64,000 bases of DNA, from positions 64,001 to 128,000 of the forward strand of contig JAITVV010000063.1 in NCBI GenBank assembly GCA_031285625.1. Direction: 5' to 3'. Under the pieces are notes generated by a model. The model saw only the letters and a list, made by a program, of their open reading frames with translations. It had not been told where the DNA came from and did no database searches. The position numbers were made by a program, and so were the translations under genes. The stretch is from Prevotella sp. Lineage in GTDB: Bacteria > Bacteroidota > Bacteroidia > Bacteroidales > Dysgonomonadaceae. Below are positions 9,759-20,336 of this stretch, in pieces. Each line of letters starts with the position of its first letter. The first letter of the stretch is position 1.

Positions 9759-10172
9759 ATGATGAAAATGTATATATTCTTCCTATTTCTATTCTTAAAT
9801 TGCACAACCAATTTAAGCGCATCCCTCCCTGACAAGATACAAAATTTTCTTGATAAGCATTTTATTAATAATGAAATAGAAAAATTAAAATATGATGAAA
9901 AAGAGGAGGAATACAAGATAAAGTACAAAAATGGTATAAAAATAGAGTTTGATCGTAACGGCTGGGTAGAAATAGAAAGCGGTTATACACCTCTACCCAA
10001 AAGCATTATAGATATATTACCCACTCCTACTATCGATTTTATAGCAAAAAAATATCCCCGAAAGCCTATCGTAAAAATAAAGCGCAAACCGGATGGTTTT
10101 AAAGTAAAATTGGAAGGCTCCATTGAATTAAAGTTTGACCGGCGTGGAAATATTTTAAAAATAAGTGATTAA
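9759..10172 (+). CDS. PepSY-like (BLIP-like) periplasmic protein
   Basis: Signal peptide and two repeats LP..I..F..K.(F/Y)...I.K......(Y/F)K(I/V)K...G..(I/L).FD..G. Confidence 0.8.
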   Translation: MMKMYIFFLFLFLNCTTNLSASLPDKIQNFLDKHFINNEIEKLKYDEKEEEYKIKYKNGIKIEFDRNGWVEIESGYTPLPKSIIDILPTPTIDFIAKKYPRKPIVKIKRKPDGFKVKLEGSIELKFDRRGNILKISD

Positions 10173-10246
10173 GCGTAATACTACGCATTAATATTTTCTC
10201 GTCAGATTTAACACCAATAAGCAATTAATTTAATATATTTGCATAT

Positions 10247-10258
10247 ATGTATATACAT
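10247..10258. promoter_or_regulatory. Putative GntR operator (ATGTATATACAT) in the sulfatase promoter
   Basis: Perfect palindrome just downstream of the -7 element TATATTTG (10234-10241); same motif at 23952, 24455 and 31941. Confidence 0.6.
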
Positions 10259-10285
10259 ATATATTATATCCAAACATATTAAATC

Positions 10286-11860
10286 ATGAAAGACTCCCGA
10301 GTTTATGCACTATTAGGTGTATCTGTCTGCTGTTGGAACAGTGTTGTAGCCACAAATCCCCAAAAACAGATGAATATCTTATTCATAATGACAGATGACC
10401 ACGCATTTCAGGCACTCAGTGCTTACGGACATCCTATTTCCAAACTGGCCCCAACTCCAAACCTTGATCGCATCGCGCAAAATGGAATGTTATTCAGTAA
10501 CGCTTTTGTTGAAAATTCCATTTCTACACCGAGTCGCGCAACGCTACTTACAGGTATGTACAGCCATCAACATGGACAGACCCATCTGGGATACGGATTA
10601 AAGCCTGATAAAAAATTCTTTGTCGAATATCTTCAGAAGGCCGGCTATCAAACCGCAATATTTGGTAAATGGCACCTGAACACCCAGCTCAAAGGTTTTG
10701 ATACATATAAAGTATTTGACGACCAGGGCGAATATTACAATCCTCGCTTCAAGACACCGGATTCGGGCGGTAAATATATCCGAGAGGAAGGGTATGCAAC
10801 TGATCTTGTCACCAATGACGCTCTCAATTGGCTGGTATATCGTGATAAAAATAAACCATTCTGCCTGCTTGTTCATCATAAAGCACCACACCGTAATTGG
10901 ATGCCTGATCTACAATATCTGGATCTGTATGACGATATAACCTTCCCTGAACCCTCTACTCTATTTGACGACTACAAAACAAGAGGTGAGCAGATGAAGA
11001 CTCATGAACTTTCAGTTGCCAATCATTTAGGTTATGCTTTCGACCTGAAAGTATCCCAACTTCAAAATGAACCTACCTTAGAGTATATAAAAGCCAGCTT
11101 TGATATGGCAATGAACACCCTGACTCCTGAACAATTGAGGGTTTGGAATGAATCTTATGACAAGAAAAATCAAGAATTCCTTGCAAACAGACCTGAAGGG
11201 AAAGAGCTCACAGAATGGAAATATCAGAGATATATAAAAGATTATTGCAGAACCATAAAGAGCGTAGATGTACAGGTAGGAAGGCTACTTGATTATCTGG
11301 AAAATAATAACCTGTTAGAAAATACAATTATTGTATATACATCCGACCAGGGATTTTTCCTGGGAGAACATGGATTGTACGATAAACGTTTTATGTATGA
11401 AGAGGCATTCCGAACTCCTCTTATTATAGCTATGCCCGGTGCAAAAAAAGGAGTAAAATGCACAGAACTTGTACAGAACATAGATTATGCACCTACATTC
11501 ATGGATGTGGCAGGATTAGAAAAGCCGGAGGATATGGCAGGTGAATCGCTTGTACCTCTATTAAATCAGACAAATAAAATATGGCGGGATAATCTTTACT
11601 ATCAGTTCTATGATTATCCGGCTGTAGGAATGACACGCAAACATTATGGGATCCGCGACAAACGGTATAAACTCATACACTGGTATGGTAGAGGTGAGAA
11701 TAGCCAAGATAGGAATATCGATAGCTGGGAATTGTACGACTTAAAGAAAGATCCTACCGAGATAAATAACTTATATAATAATAAAAGATATACAAAAAGA
11801 AAAGAGCAATTACACTCATTACTCGATAAGAAAAGAAAAGAGCTAAAAGTTACAGAATAG
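10286..11860 (+). CDS. Ser-type S1 sulfatase (hexose/hexosamine-6-sulfatase-like)
   Basis: NILFIMTDDH, SISTPSRATLLTG (SxPxR), GKWHL, HHKAPHRNW, YTSDQGFFLGEHG..DKRFMYEE. Confidence 0.92.
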   Translation: MKDSRVYALLGVSVCCWNSVVATNPQKQMNILFIMTDDHAFQALSAYGHPISKLAPTPNLDRIAQNGMLFSNAFVENSISTPSRATLLTGMYSHQHGQTHLGYGLKPDKKFFVEYLQKAGYQTAIFGKWHLNTQLKGFDTYKVFDDQGEYYNPRFKTPDSGGKYIREEGYATDLVTNDALNWLVYRDKNKPFCLLVHHKAPHRNWMPDLQYLDLYDDITFPEPSTLFDDYKTRGEQMKTHELSVANHLGYAFDLKVSQLQNEPTLEYIKASFDMAMNTLTPEQLRVWNESYDKKNQEFLANRPEGKELTEWKYQRYIKDYCRTIKSVDVQVGRLLDYLENNNLLENTIIVYTSDQGFFLGEHGLYDKRFMYEEAFRTPLIIAMPGAKKGVKCTELVQNIDYAPTFMDVAGLEKPEDMAGESLVPLLNQTNKIWRDNLYYQFYDYPAVGMTRKHYGIRDKRYKLIHWYGRGENSQDRNIDSWELYDLKKDPTEINNLYNNKRYTKRKEQLHSLLDKKRKELKVTE

Positions 11861-11867
11861 ATTATAC

Positions 11868-11911
11868 ATAAAAAGAATAGGATGTCAATATTGACATCCT
11901 ATTCTTTTTAT
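11868..11911. terminator. Bidirectional terminator (44-bp perfect palindrome)
   Basis: ATAAAAAGAATAGGATGTCAAT|ATTGACATCCTATTCTTTTTAT between convergent genes. Confidence 0.85.
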
Positions 11912-11919
11912 AATACAAT

Positions 11920-12690
11920 TTATTTAACAGGAATTGAAACTTCTTTTACCACTGTATAATTATAACGATTCGTAGCATCGAAAGTAACTGAAGTCCTTAC
12001 GCCGACGCGGATAAAATACTTTCTTGCATAATCAGGGAAAGACTTGGAAGCTTGTGAGGTACTTATAGTAAAAGTAGTACCATCAGCACCTAATATCTCG
12101 GATGCAGTTACACCCATCTGCTCAGGAGCACATTTGACAGAATAATTAGGGCTATAGCTAAAATCACCAACATAGTCGGTTTCGCTCACAAATAGCCAGC
12201 CTTCAACCAATGGCTTTCTATAAATTGCATCATCAGATCCATAGGTAACCTTTACTTTAGCTGTTACTGTCCTATCAATATTTACAACAGGCTCACCATC
12301 CCATTCTACACGCAGGATAGGTTCCACTTCATAGGTTTTCTCCACCGTTCCGCTTATTTTGATTCGCTCTTCCGGTAGTGGAACAAAAGCTCCTGATGGT
12401 GTAATACCATACTCCCCTTTAAATACTTTGGTATTATTGAATGTACCATCCATCATACAATTAAAGTCATATGGCTGGGGTGTATCACTCCAGCTATATT
12501 CCATCATACGGATACGTACACCCGTATTTCCGATAGCAGTCTGAAATGGTTCTTTAGTTCCTTTATCTATAAATTTACCTCTGAACGTCTCTTTAGGTTC
12601 CGGATAATTATCATCAGCACACGATGCTATCCCAAAGATTATAAACAGAGATAAAACAATATTAATTATATTACTTTTCATATCATTCAT
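11920..12690 (-). CDS. DUF3823-family PUL surface lipoprotein
   Basis: Lipobox IASC, DNY.EP..T..G..ID..T.EP, DGTFNNTKVF.G.Y..P.GAF.P; lies directly after susD. Confidence 0.8.
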   Translation of the reverse strand: MNDMKSNIINIVLSLFIIFGIASCADDNYPEPKETFRGKFIDKGTKEPFQTAIGNTGVRIRMMEYSWSDTPQPYDFNCMMDGTFNNTKVFKGEYGITPSGAFVPLPEERIKISGTVEKTYEVEPILRVEWDGEPVVNIDRTVTAKVKVTYGSDDAIYRKPLVEGWLFVSETDYVGDFSYSPNYSVKCAPEQMGVTASEILGADGTTFTISTSQASKSFPDYARKYFIRVGVRTSVTFDATNRYNYTVVKEVSIPVK

Positions 12691-12700
12691 TTTTTAGTTA

Positions 12701-14665
12701 TTAATAACCCGGGTTTTGTTTACAATTAGGATTCTTGGTTATTTCACCTGTAGGAATTTGCTGATAATAGTTTTTGGTATCGAAATTAAAAATATAATTG
12801 TTACCAGCTTTCGATTCCATAAATCTTGAATCAAGAAAATATTTTTCAGCATCGGTGGAATAAAAAGCATATAAAACCCTATAACGTCTATTAGTCTGCT
12901 CATCATAAATCACCCTCCAACGTTTCAAATCCCAATAGGTCTTGTGCTCAAATGCAAGCTCTTTTTTCCTTTCTGTCCTCACTACATTAATATCATTAAG
13001 AGAGGCAGAAGATGTCAGTAATGTTGCACCTGCGCGTTTTCTGATGAGATTGATACAACGGAAAGCTTCATCGCGGTAACTTTCTCCACCTGAAGCTGTA
13101 TTAACACCGGCAAGGAATAACTCATTCGCAGCTTCGGCACGATTAAGTAATACTTCAGCATAGCGGATCTCAATCCAGCTTTGGCTCGATTTATTACCGT
13201 TATTATCTGTCTGGTCTGGATTCAAGTATTTACGAAGATAGAAACCACTAACATTTCCAAAATCCCATCCTGATACGATTCCACTCTCTCCGGATCTTTT
13301 CATTTTCGTACCATCCTTTAAGGTTACAAAATTAGCTTCCTGATTGTTAAACGAGAAACCACTGGAAAGTTTCAGATCGCTCGACTCATCGTATACTACA
13401 GTGTAGTCTACAACGCTTCCGGCTTGCATTAGCGGCTTAATACCTGTCCCTACCGGACCAGTCCAGATACCACGACGTAAATCGATAGACTGTCCCATAA
13501 ACTGATCCATCGGTAGTATTACCGTCGCTCTTAAACGAGGTTCACAGTTTGCAAAAGCATCGAGAGGAGAGTTATATAGCTTATAATTACCATTGGCATC
13601 CAGATTCTGGAATTTGCTGCTGGCATCTTTATCTAAGCCATCGAACATTTCAACGAAGTCCAACGTAGGGCAAATTTCAGAGTTATTACCTCCCGAAGAT
13701 GTCTGCATTGGTTGAGCCGAATCGTCAAAACCATGTACCGATTCAGGATTTTGATAATACCTTACAAAGATATTTTCCTTTGTATCCTTGAGGAAGATAT
13801 TAACAAAATTTGTAGTTTGTGCATCTTTATCTCCATCTGCCCACTCTGCATCATAAAGACCATATGCAGTCGTTTCATCAAGAATTTTACTGGCATCATA
13901 TGCAGCCTTGAAGTAATCATTTGCACGAGTAGCCGGTATACCACATATTCTTACCCCGTTATACTCCTCACTGATAGTATTATATTTTGCAATAGATCCT
14001 GCATGAAGCATCGCACGCGATTTGAATGCTGCTGCTACATATCTGTTTGCACGGCCTTTCTGATTGGTTTTGGGCAGATTATTAATAGCATAATCCAAAT
14101 CGGAAGCAATAAGATCCCATATGGCCTCTTCCGAATCGCGGAAAAGCCTTGTACCCTCAACACTCACACTGGCGGGATAATCAATCACATAGTCTACCTT
14201 AGGAACACCGCCATAGCGTTTTACCAGCGCATAATAATTAAATGCTCTCACAAAGTAGGCTTCAGCCAAATAAGTATCATAATCTGCCTGAGTATGCGCA
14301 GAAGCATATTTAGGTAATGTTTCTATAAACAGATTCGCATCACGAATTGCTGAATATGCATTATCCCAGTAACTTACATGCTCGGCTTCTGCACCTTTTA
14401 CATCACGGCCCAATGCTTCTCCTGTCAGGCAAGATTGCTGTTTATATTTGGTATCGGTATTATTAAACAGACCACTTTTTTCGAAATTGTAACGAAAATC
14501 TTCCATAGGGAGCGTACTGTACATACGGGCAATATAGCTCATTGTACCTTCGGTAGTCCCAAATATTTCCGGATCTCCAATAATGTTCTTAGGGGGGATA
14601 TCAAGGTCTGTACATGCAAAGAACGAACCCAAACAAAGCAATAAAATATATTTAATAAATTTCAT
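12701..14665 (-). CDS. susD: SusD/RagB-family glycan-binding lipoprotein
   Basis: Lipobox FFAC; EAYFVRAFNYYALVKRYGGVP, IRYAEVLLNRAEA, ERKKELAFE, QNPGY terminus. Confidence 0.95.
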   Translation of the reverse strand: MKFIKYILLLCLGSFFACTDLDIPPKNIIGDPEIFGTTEGTMSYIARMYSTLPMEDFRYNFEKSGLFNNTDTKYKQQSCLTGEALGRDVKGAEAEHVSYWDNAYSAIRDANLFIETLPKYASAHTQADYDTYLAEAYFVRAFNYYALVKRYGGVPKVDYVIDYPASVSVEGTRLFRDSEEAIWDLIASDLDYAINNLPKTNQKGRANRYVAAAFKSRAMLHAGSIAKYNTISEEYNGVRICGIPATRANDYFKAAYDASKILDETTAYGLYDAEWADGDKDAQTTNFVNIFLKDTKENIFVRYYQNPESVHGFDDSAQPMQTSSGGNNSEICPTLDFVEMFDGLDKDASSKFQNLDANGNYKLYNSPLDAFANCEPRLRATVILPMDQFMGQSIDLRRGIWTGPVGTGIKPLMQAGSVVDYTVVYDESSDLKLSSGFSFNNQEANFVTLKDGTKMKRSGESGIVSGWDFGNVSGFYLRKYLNPDQTDNNGNKSSQSWIEIRYAEVLLNRAEAANELFLAGVNTASGGESYRDEAFRCINLIRKRAGATLLTSSASLNDINVVRTERKKELAFEHKTYWDLKRWRVIYDEQTNRRYRVLYAFYSTDAEKYFLDSRFMESKAGNNYIFNFDTKNYYQQIPTGEITKNPNCKQNPGY

Positions 14666-14677
14666 AATATTATGTGT

Positions 14678-17600
14678 TTAGAATTTTACATTTATTCCTA
14701 CTGTAACAGTTTTATTGAGAGGGTAACTATAACCATAATCACCTAATCCTCCTTTACTCTCGTCAGGATTTGTAAAAAATTCAGGATCAATATACTTCAA
14801 TTTTGTAAATGTCAGTAGATTATATGAGCTAACATACACCCTCACACTTTGTATATTCACAGTGGATAGCCATTTCTTAGGAAGAGTGTATCCGAGTTCT
14901 ATGTTCTTAAGTCTCAGATATGCACCATTTTGAATATTGAAATCTGAATTGTAGTTAGGACTTGTTCCTGTATAAGCATAATGACCTGTTATCCATTCTG
15001 TAGCCGGATCGTAAGGACTTGCCGCCGGATCTACCGGACGCCAACGATCTAAGAACTGGGTAAGTGCATTGGTATCTGCCCAAAGAGGCTGATAAAGGAA
15101 TTGCCTTGGAGCGACATAACGTTTGCCTCCCCCCTGCCATAACATTGTAAGATCTATACCTTTCCATGATGCAGATATCGTTAATCCGTAATAGATAAGT
15201 GGAGTCATTCCATTAGTCGCAAGCGGATGTACATCCAGATCATTTATCTGTCCGTCACCATTCCAGTCCTGGTATTGATAATCACCCAAAGTTGTACCAC
15301 GGCCTATATAGACAGGATTGTGATATATCTGATCCCAATTGGTTATGCGGCCATTTCCTCCATACCCCCACCATATATTATTATAACGGTCATTATTATT
15401 CTGGCGCCAGTTAAGGTATGAGTTACCCGGATCCGATTGCTCATAATACAGTGTTTTTACTCTGGTAAATGACATATTCCCTTTCAGTTGATAATGGAAA
15501 TCACCTATACTATTACGATGACTAAGTTCCAACTCAAACCCTCTGGTCATATCACTGTTAAGGTTTTCCTGTGGCTGGGCAGCACCTACAATTCCCGGAA
15601 TTGATTGCGAACGGGTCGCTAATAGCCCTGTACGTTTTCTTTGGAAATACTCGGCAGTCATACCTAACAGTCCATTCCATGCATCGAGGTCTAATCCGAA
15701 GTTTAACATATCAGATTTATACCATGTGATAGCTGTATTTGCTAACCCTTTATTATTTGCGCTATTGACAAATGATCCATCAAAGATATATCCGGATGGT
15801 AATCCTGCACTGTTACCACCTGAAGATGGATAATAATATCCGGTTAAGAAGTTATAATCGTTTGTTGCAGCATCATCAAGCATTCTACCATAAGATCCGC
15901 GTAGTTTCAGATTGTCGATAAATTTGAGAGGTGATTTTTTGAAGAAACTTTCTTCTGATATACGCCAAGCTACCATAACACCCGGAGTCGTTGCCCAACG
16001 TGAATTATCCGGGAACCGGGAAGACGACTCATGGCGTATAGTGAATTCAGCCAGATATTTTCCTGCAAAGTCATATTTAACACGGCCTGCATAAGCATTG
16101 TAAGCATAATCATACAAAGAAGATGCAGCTGTAGACTGATTTATCTGCATCTTATCAGTTATACCTGTGAACAATTGATCAAGCGGCAATAAAAGCTGTC
16201 TGTTACCATAAAAATTATCACCTTCCCTATGTGTATTCTCATAGAGCGCCATTGCTGATATGTTATGCTTTCCAAACTGTCTGTCAAAACCAACCTGCAC
16301 ATTCCACAGATTACCGTCTTTGCCATAAAAATAACGGGCTACTCTATTGGGTGCATCGCTCTGGGCATTCCATGTTCTTGCGGCTCCACCCGAGTCGTAA
16401 AGCTGATAGGCTTTCATGAATTCTTTATTATCATTTAATGTATAGTCATAACTATACATACCTTTCACATATAACCCTTTAACGAATGGAATATCATATC
16501 TCAAAGAAGCATTTGACTGGAACCATTTACTTTTGTAGGAATTAGCTCCTGTTATATCTTTATTCATCATAGTAACAGGATTCTGTAAGCCTCCATTTGT
16601 AGGTTGCCAGTATTGTCCTTCCTCCTCATTGTAATAAACCTGATCCATTGGTTGCATAAGCCACATACCACGAATAATATCATTTGAACTGTATACCGAT
16701 GATTTCCGTTCGTCAAGTAATCCGGATAGGTTCAACTCGAATTTTAGATTCTTAGTGATCTGTGAGGAAATATTACTACGAACTGTATATTTCTCATAAT
16801 TCATCGCATTTGTCTGCAAAAAACTACCTTGAGACTGATACCCGATACTTGCATAATAGCTGAGAGCATCTGTACCCCCTGTTGCACTTATTGTATGCAT
16901 AGTCTGAGGTGCGCTGCTGCGAAGTACTTCCGATTTCCAATCTGTGCTCCTCATAGTTCCATTACGGTAAGCATCGATCTGTTCATCAGTGTATGGACGA
17001 TTGGGACCGTCAACATTATGCATAGTACGTTCATTAAACAATGTCATCCAATCTACAGCATTTGCCAGTTTAGGAAAGTTCGTTGGCATTTGCCATGACA
17101 CATTACCCGAATAGCTAAGGCTGACCTTTCCTTTTTCTCCTCTTTTCGTTGTAACGAGAATAACACCATTTGCCGAATTAACCCCATAAATAGCAGCTGA
17201 AGCATCTTTCAGTACAGAAATACTTTCAATATCTTCTGCATCCAAACGTGCCATGTTACCTCGAGGCACTCCATCAATAACCACCAACGGATTTCCCAAG
17301 CCACGTATATCCATAGAGCCGCTAAACTGTCCCGGCTCGGACGAATTCTGGACTACACGAAGACCGGCAACCTTACCTGTAAGCATATTTTGTACGCTTT
17401 CATTTTTAGTAGTTATAATCTCATCATTTTTAATAGCTGAAACCGCACCTGTAAGAGTGGCTTTCTTCTGCACACCATATCCCACAACTACAACTTCATC
17501 CATAAGCTTACTATCCTCCTTCAATACAATATTAAGGGTGGATCCACCGCTTATCTTAATTTCCTGTGCTATATAGCCAATAGAAGATATTACCAATACG

Positions 17601-17839
17601 GCATTGGGATTTACTTCAATCGTAAATTCGCCATCTACGCTGGTCGCAATACCATTAGTAGTCCCTTTTTCCACGACGCTAGCCCCTATAATAGGCTCAT
17701 TCAGTTCATCTGTAACGACACCTGAAACCTTTGTTTTGGTTTGTTGTGAATAAAGATTTGTAGAAACCAACATAAATATGGCACACATACAAATTTTAAA
17801 CAGGTTAAATAGATTTAAGAAGTTAACTTTAAATTTCAT
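14678..17839 (-). CDS. susC: SusC/RagA TonB-dependent transporter
   Basis: CarboxypepD_reg-like N-terminus, VVVVGYG, IESISVLKDASAAIYG, GVILVTTKRG, YLRLKNIELGY, terminal Phe. Confidence 0.96.
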   Translation of the reverse strand: MKFKVNFLNLFNLFKICMCAIFMLVSTNLYSQQTKTKVSGVVTDELNEPIIGASVVEKGTTNGIATSVDGEFTIEVNPNAVLVISSIGYIAQEIKISGGSTLNIVLKEDSKLMDEVVVVGYGVQKKATLTGAVSAIKNDEIITTKNESVQNMLTGKVAGLRVVQNSSEPGQFSGSMDIRGLGNPLVVIDGVPRGNMARLDAEDIESISVLKDASAAIYGVNSANGVILVTTKRGEKGKVSLSYSGNVSWQMPTNFPKLANAVDWMTLFNERTMHNVDGPNRPYTDEQIDAYRNGTMRSTDWKSEVLRSSAPQTMHTISATGGTDALSYYASIGYQSQGSFLQTNAMNYEKYTVRSNISSQITKNLKFELNLSGLLDERKSSVYSSNDIIRGMWLMQPMDQVYYNEEEGQYWQPTNGGLQNPVTMMNKDITGANSYKSKWFQSNASLRYDIPFVKGLYVKGMYSYDYTLNDNKEFMKAYQLYDSGGAARTWNAQSDAPNRVARYFYGKDGNLWNVQVGFDRQFGKHNISAMALYENTHREGDNFYGNRQLLLPLDQLFTGITDKMQINQSTAASSLYDYAYNAYAGRVKYDFAGKYLAEFTIRHESSSRFPDNSRWATTPGVMVAWRISEESFFKKSPLKFIDNLKLRGSYGRMLDDAATNDYNFLTGYYYPSSGGNSAGLPSGYIFDGSFVNSANNKGLANTAITWYKSDMLNFGLDLDAWNGLLGMTAEYFQRKRTGLLATRSQSIPGIVGAAQPQENLNSDMTRGFELELSHRNSIGDFHYQLKGNMSFTRVKTLYYEQSDPGNSYLNWRQNNNDRYNNIWWGYGGNGRITNWDQIYHNPVYIGRGTTLGDYQYQDWNGDGQINDLDVHPLATNGMTPLIYYGLTISASWKGIDLTMLWQGGGKRYVAPRQFLYQPLWADTNALTQFLDRWRPVDPAASPYDPATEWITGHYAYTGTSPNYNSDFNIQNGAYLRLKNIELGYTLPKKWLSTVNIQSVRVYVSSYNLLTFTKLKYIDPEFFTNPDESKGGLGDYGYSYPLNKTVTVGINVKF

Positions 17840-17968
17840 ACTTCATTGTTTTTAAAAGTGTTTGATAAATCATTTATAAAATTTCATCTTTGCCATTGAT
17901 TACTCAGGTTGCAGTATCAAACGATTTCATGTTTTTCATAGATCAGATTTTTAGTTAGTGCATTGAAG

Positions 17969-20317
17969 TTATTTTTTAAGTTCTATATTAGGAGTGTTGG
18001 ATAATTTAATCAGCATATGTCCTCCGTTAACTACATCTGCAAAAGGTAATTGTATCGTATTGTGAGGCTTTCCGTTCACATCGATAGATTCGATATAGAT
18101 ATTATCCTTAGTATTATTCCGGGTTTCTATTACAAACTCTTTACCTTTATAATAGTCTTTATTCAGTTTGATCCTGATCTTATCAAATAACGGGCTACCT
18201 ATCTGGAATGAAGGATCAGGTTGAGTCAGTCCTTTTACATCAAAAAGCCCCATTGCTGCCATTACATACCATGCGCCCAGTTGTCCCTGATCTTCATCTT
18301 GCCCGTAACCATATCCATGAACACCTTCAACTCCGTAAAATTCGTTGCAAATAGCTCTTACCCACTTTTGTGATAAATAGGGTTTTCCTGAAAAATTAAA
18401 TAACCATGAAATATGGAGATTGGGCTGGTTGCCATGGTTGTAATATGTATGTAAGCCTGAAAACGCATCTATAGTTTGTCCGCCGCCAAATATATTTTTC
18501 TGTGATATCTGAAATGTACTATCCAAACGGATATTGAACTCATCCATACCGATAAGGTTAATCAGTTCGTCTATTTGATGAGGAACATAATATGTATACT
18601 GAATCGCATTCCCTTCCTGAAAGCCGATCCATGGGGCAAAAGGATCAAAATCTTTAATGAACTCACCCTTATCATCCCGTGGACGTATCAATTTTGTTTC
18701 GGGGTCAAAGAGAGTTTTCCATCCCTCAGATAGTTTAGATAAAAGTTTATAATCCTCCTCCTTATTCAACTGTTTAGCCATCTGAGCTACAGCATAACTA
18801 CTAAAAGAATATTCCATTGTATGAGATGCTCCAAAACCGGAGCCTTCTGGTGTAGTGCGCATGGACAGATTGGTGGTATATGGAGAATATCCTCTGTTCA
18901 CGAATTGTTCTACGTCGAGCTTTCCTGCTCCTGTCAAACGATCCTTACCATCTATCTCATTCTTTAAAGCGGCTTCATATCCTGTCTCTACATCGAAATC
19001 GCGTATACCGCAATTATAGGCTGCAGCAATTGCAAGACTGGTAAAATTAGTACCTACACCGGACACATATCTGCTACACGCTATACCATCGCCCAGCCAG
19101 CCGGCATCTTTATAAACCAATAGCTGACTCTGAATCCAGTCTGAATAATATTCCGGATATGCAATACTCCACAATTGTGTAAGATTCCAGAAAGCTCCCC
19201 ATATAGCATCAGTATTGTAATGATTATGAATAGGTTTGCCTTTTTCATCTGTAGGAATCTTTCCTATACCTCCATCATTTTTCGGGTATGCTCCATTTAC
19301 ATCACTGGCTAACCCACGGCCCAGTAATGCATGGTACAAGCCTGTGTAAAACTTTACACGATCATTGTATTCCCCGCCTTCAACCTCTATCCGGCCAAGA
19401 TATTCTTCCCATGTATTTACTGCTTTTTTATGTGCCTCGTCAAAAGACATATCTTTTGCCTCGGTTTCCATATTAAGTCTGGCATTTTCTATAGATGTAT
19501 ACGAAAGTCCTATTTTTACGTTTACAGCTTCTTGGTCAGAAGTATTAAATTTGAAATAGAGCCCCGAACCGATACCCGTCTGGCTCCTTTTATCCGGATA
19601 AACCGTATCCTTAACAAAAGAACCGTACGCAACAGGCTCCTTGTCCAGTTCAGCACTGAAATACATAGAAACAGTTGCTCCTTTCTGATAAATATTCACA
19701 TAAACAGGAGTTGTGGTCACCCAGCCTTCTATACGACCGTCCTCAGTATATGCGACACTTGCTTCCTTCACATAACCACTTTCTCCCTGACGATTGCCAA
19801 TATCAAATATGAGGTTTGCCTGATCGGATGCAGGAAATGTATATCGGTGAAAACCAACGCGCTGGGTTGCCGTAAGTTCCGCCTTCACTCCATAATCTTT
19901 CAATAACACAGAATAATATCCCGGACGGGCATATTCATCTTTCTTATCAAAGGAAGAGCGATATCCGCCCTGGACACTATCTAATTTTCCAGGGATAGTC
20001 TGTAAATCGCCTACAGTAGGGGCAATTACAACTCCACCAACCTGAAACTCATGGAAGTTTGCAAATCCTTCGATAGAAGTATGCCTGGCATCATATCCTA
20101 CTGCCTGCCACCCTCCTGTGTTTCCTAAATGTCCATCTGTAGATGGAGCTAGCTTTGCCATACCGAAAGGAACAGCTGCGGGTGTATAAAAGAACCAGCG
20201 TGAATGAGCCGTACCTATATTCGGATCCACATAATCCGACAGTGCCGTTTTCTTCTCACAGGACGTAACCAGGCAAGAAAAAATTAAAATCGTTATTGGA
20301 ATAATTTTTCTTATCAT
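17969..20317 (-). CDS. GH92 alpha-mannosidase (lipoprotein)
   Basis: Lipobox VTSC; YVDPNIGT, PFGM, SHTMEYS, QEGNA, HGNQP, DEDQGQLGAWYV. Confidence 0.93.
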   Translation of the reverse strand: MIRKIIPITILIFSCLVTSCEKKTALSDYVDPNIGTAHSRWFFYTPAAVPFGMAKLAPSTDGHLGNTGGWQAVGYDARHTSIEGFANFHEFQVGGVVIAPTVGDLQTIPGKLDSVQGGYRSSFDKKDEYARPGYYSVLLKDYGVKAELTATQRVGFHRYTFPASDQANLIFDIGNRQGESGYVKEASVAYTEDGRIEGWVTTTPVYVNIYQKGATVSMYFSAELDKEPVAYGSFVKDTVYPDKRSQTGIGSGLYFKFNTSDQEAVNVKIGLSYTSIENARLNMETEAKDMSFDEAHKKAVNTWEEYLGRIEVEGGEYNDRVKFYTGLYHALLGRGLASDVNGAYPKNDGGIGKIPTDEKGKPIHNHYNTDAIWGAFWNLTQLWSIAYPEYYSDWIQSQLLVYKDAGWLGDGIACSRYVSGVGTNFTSLAIAAAYNCGIRDFDVETGYEAALKNEIDGKDRLTGAGKLDVEQFVNRGYSPYTTNLSMRTTPEGSGFGASHTMEYSFSSYAVAQMAKQLNKEEDYKLLSKLSEGWKTLFDPETKLIRPRDDKGEFIKDFDPFAPWIGFQEGNAIQYTYYVPHQIDELINLIGMDEFNIRLDSTFQISQKNIFGGGQTIDAFSGLHTYYNHGNQPNLHISWLFNFSGKPYLSQKWVRAICNEFYGVEGVHGYGYGQDEDQGQLGAWYVMAAMGLFDVKGLTQPDPSFQIGSPLFDKIRIKLNKDYYKGKEFVIETRNNTKDNIYIESIDVNGKPHNTIQLPFADVVNGGHMLIKLSNTPNIELKK

Positions 20318-20336
20318 AATAGTGTAGTTAGTTTTT

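Noticed and set aside
17840-17968. Possible antisense sRNA or leader peptide (MKNMKSFDTAT) upstream of the first susC
   Set aside because: No antisense TAnnTTTG at the start codon, only a weak hairpin, and no U-tract; the 11-codon ORF is expected by chance.
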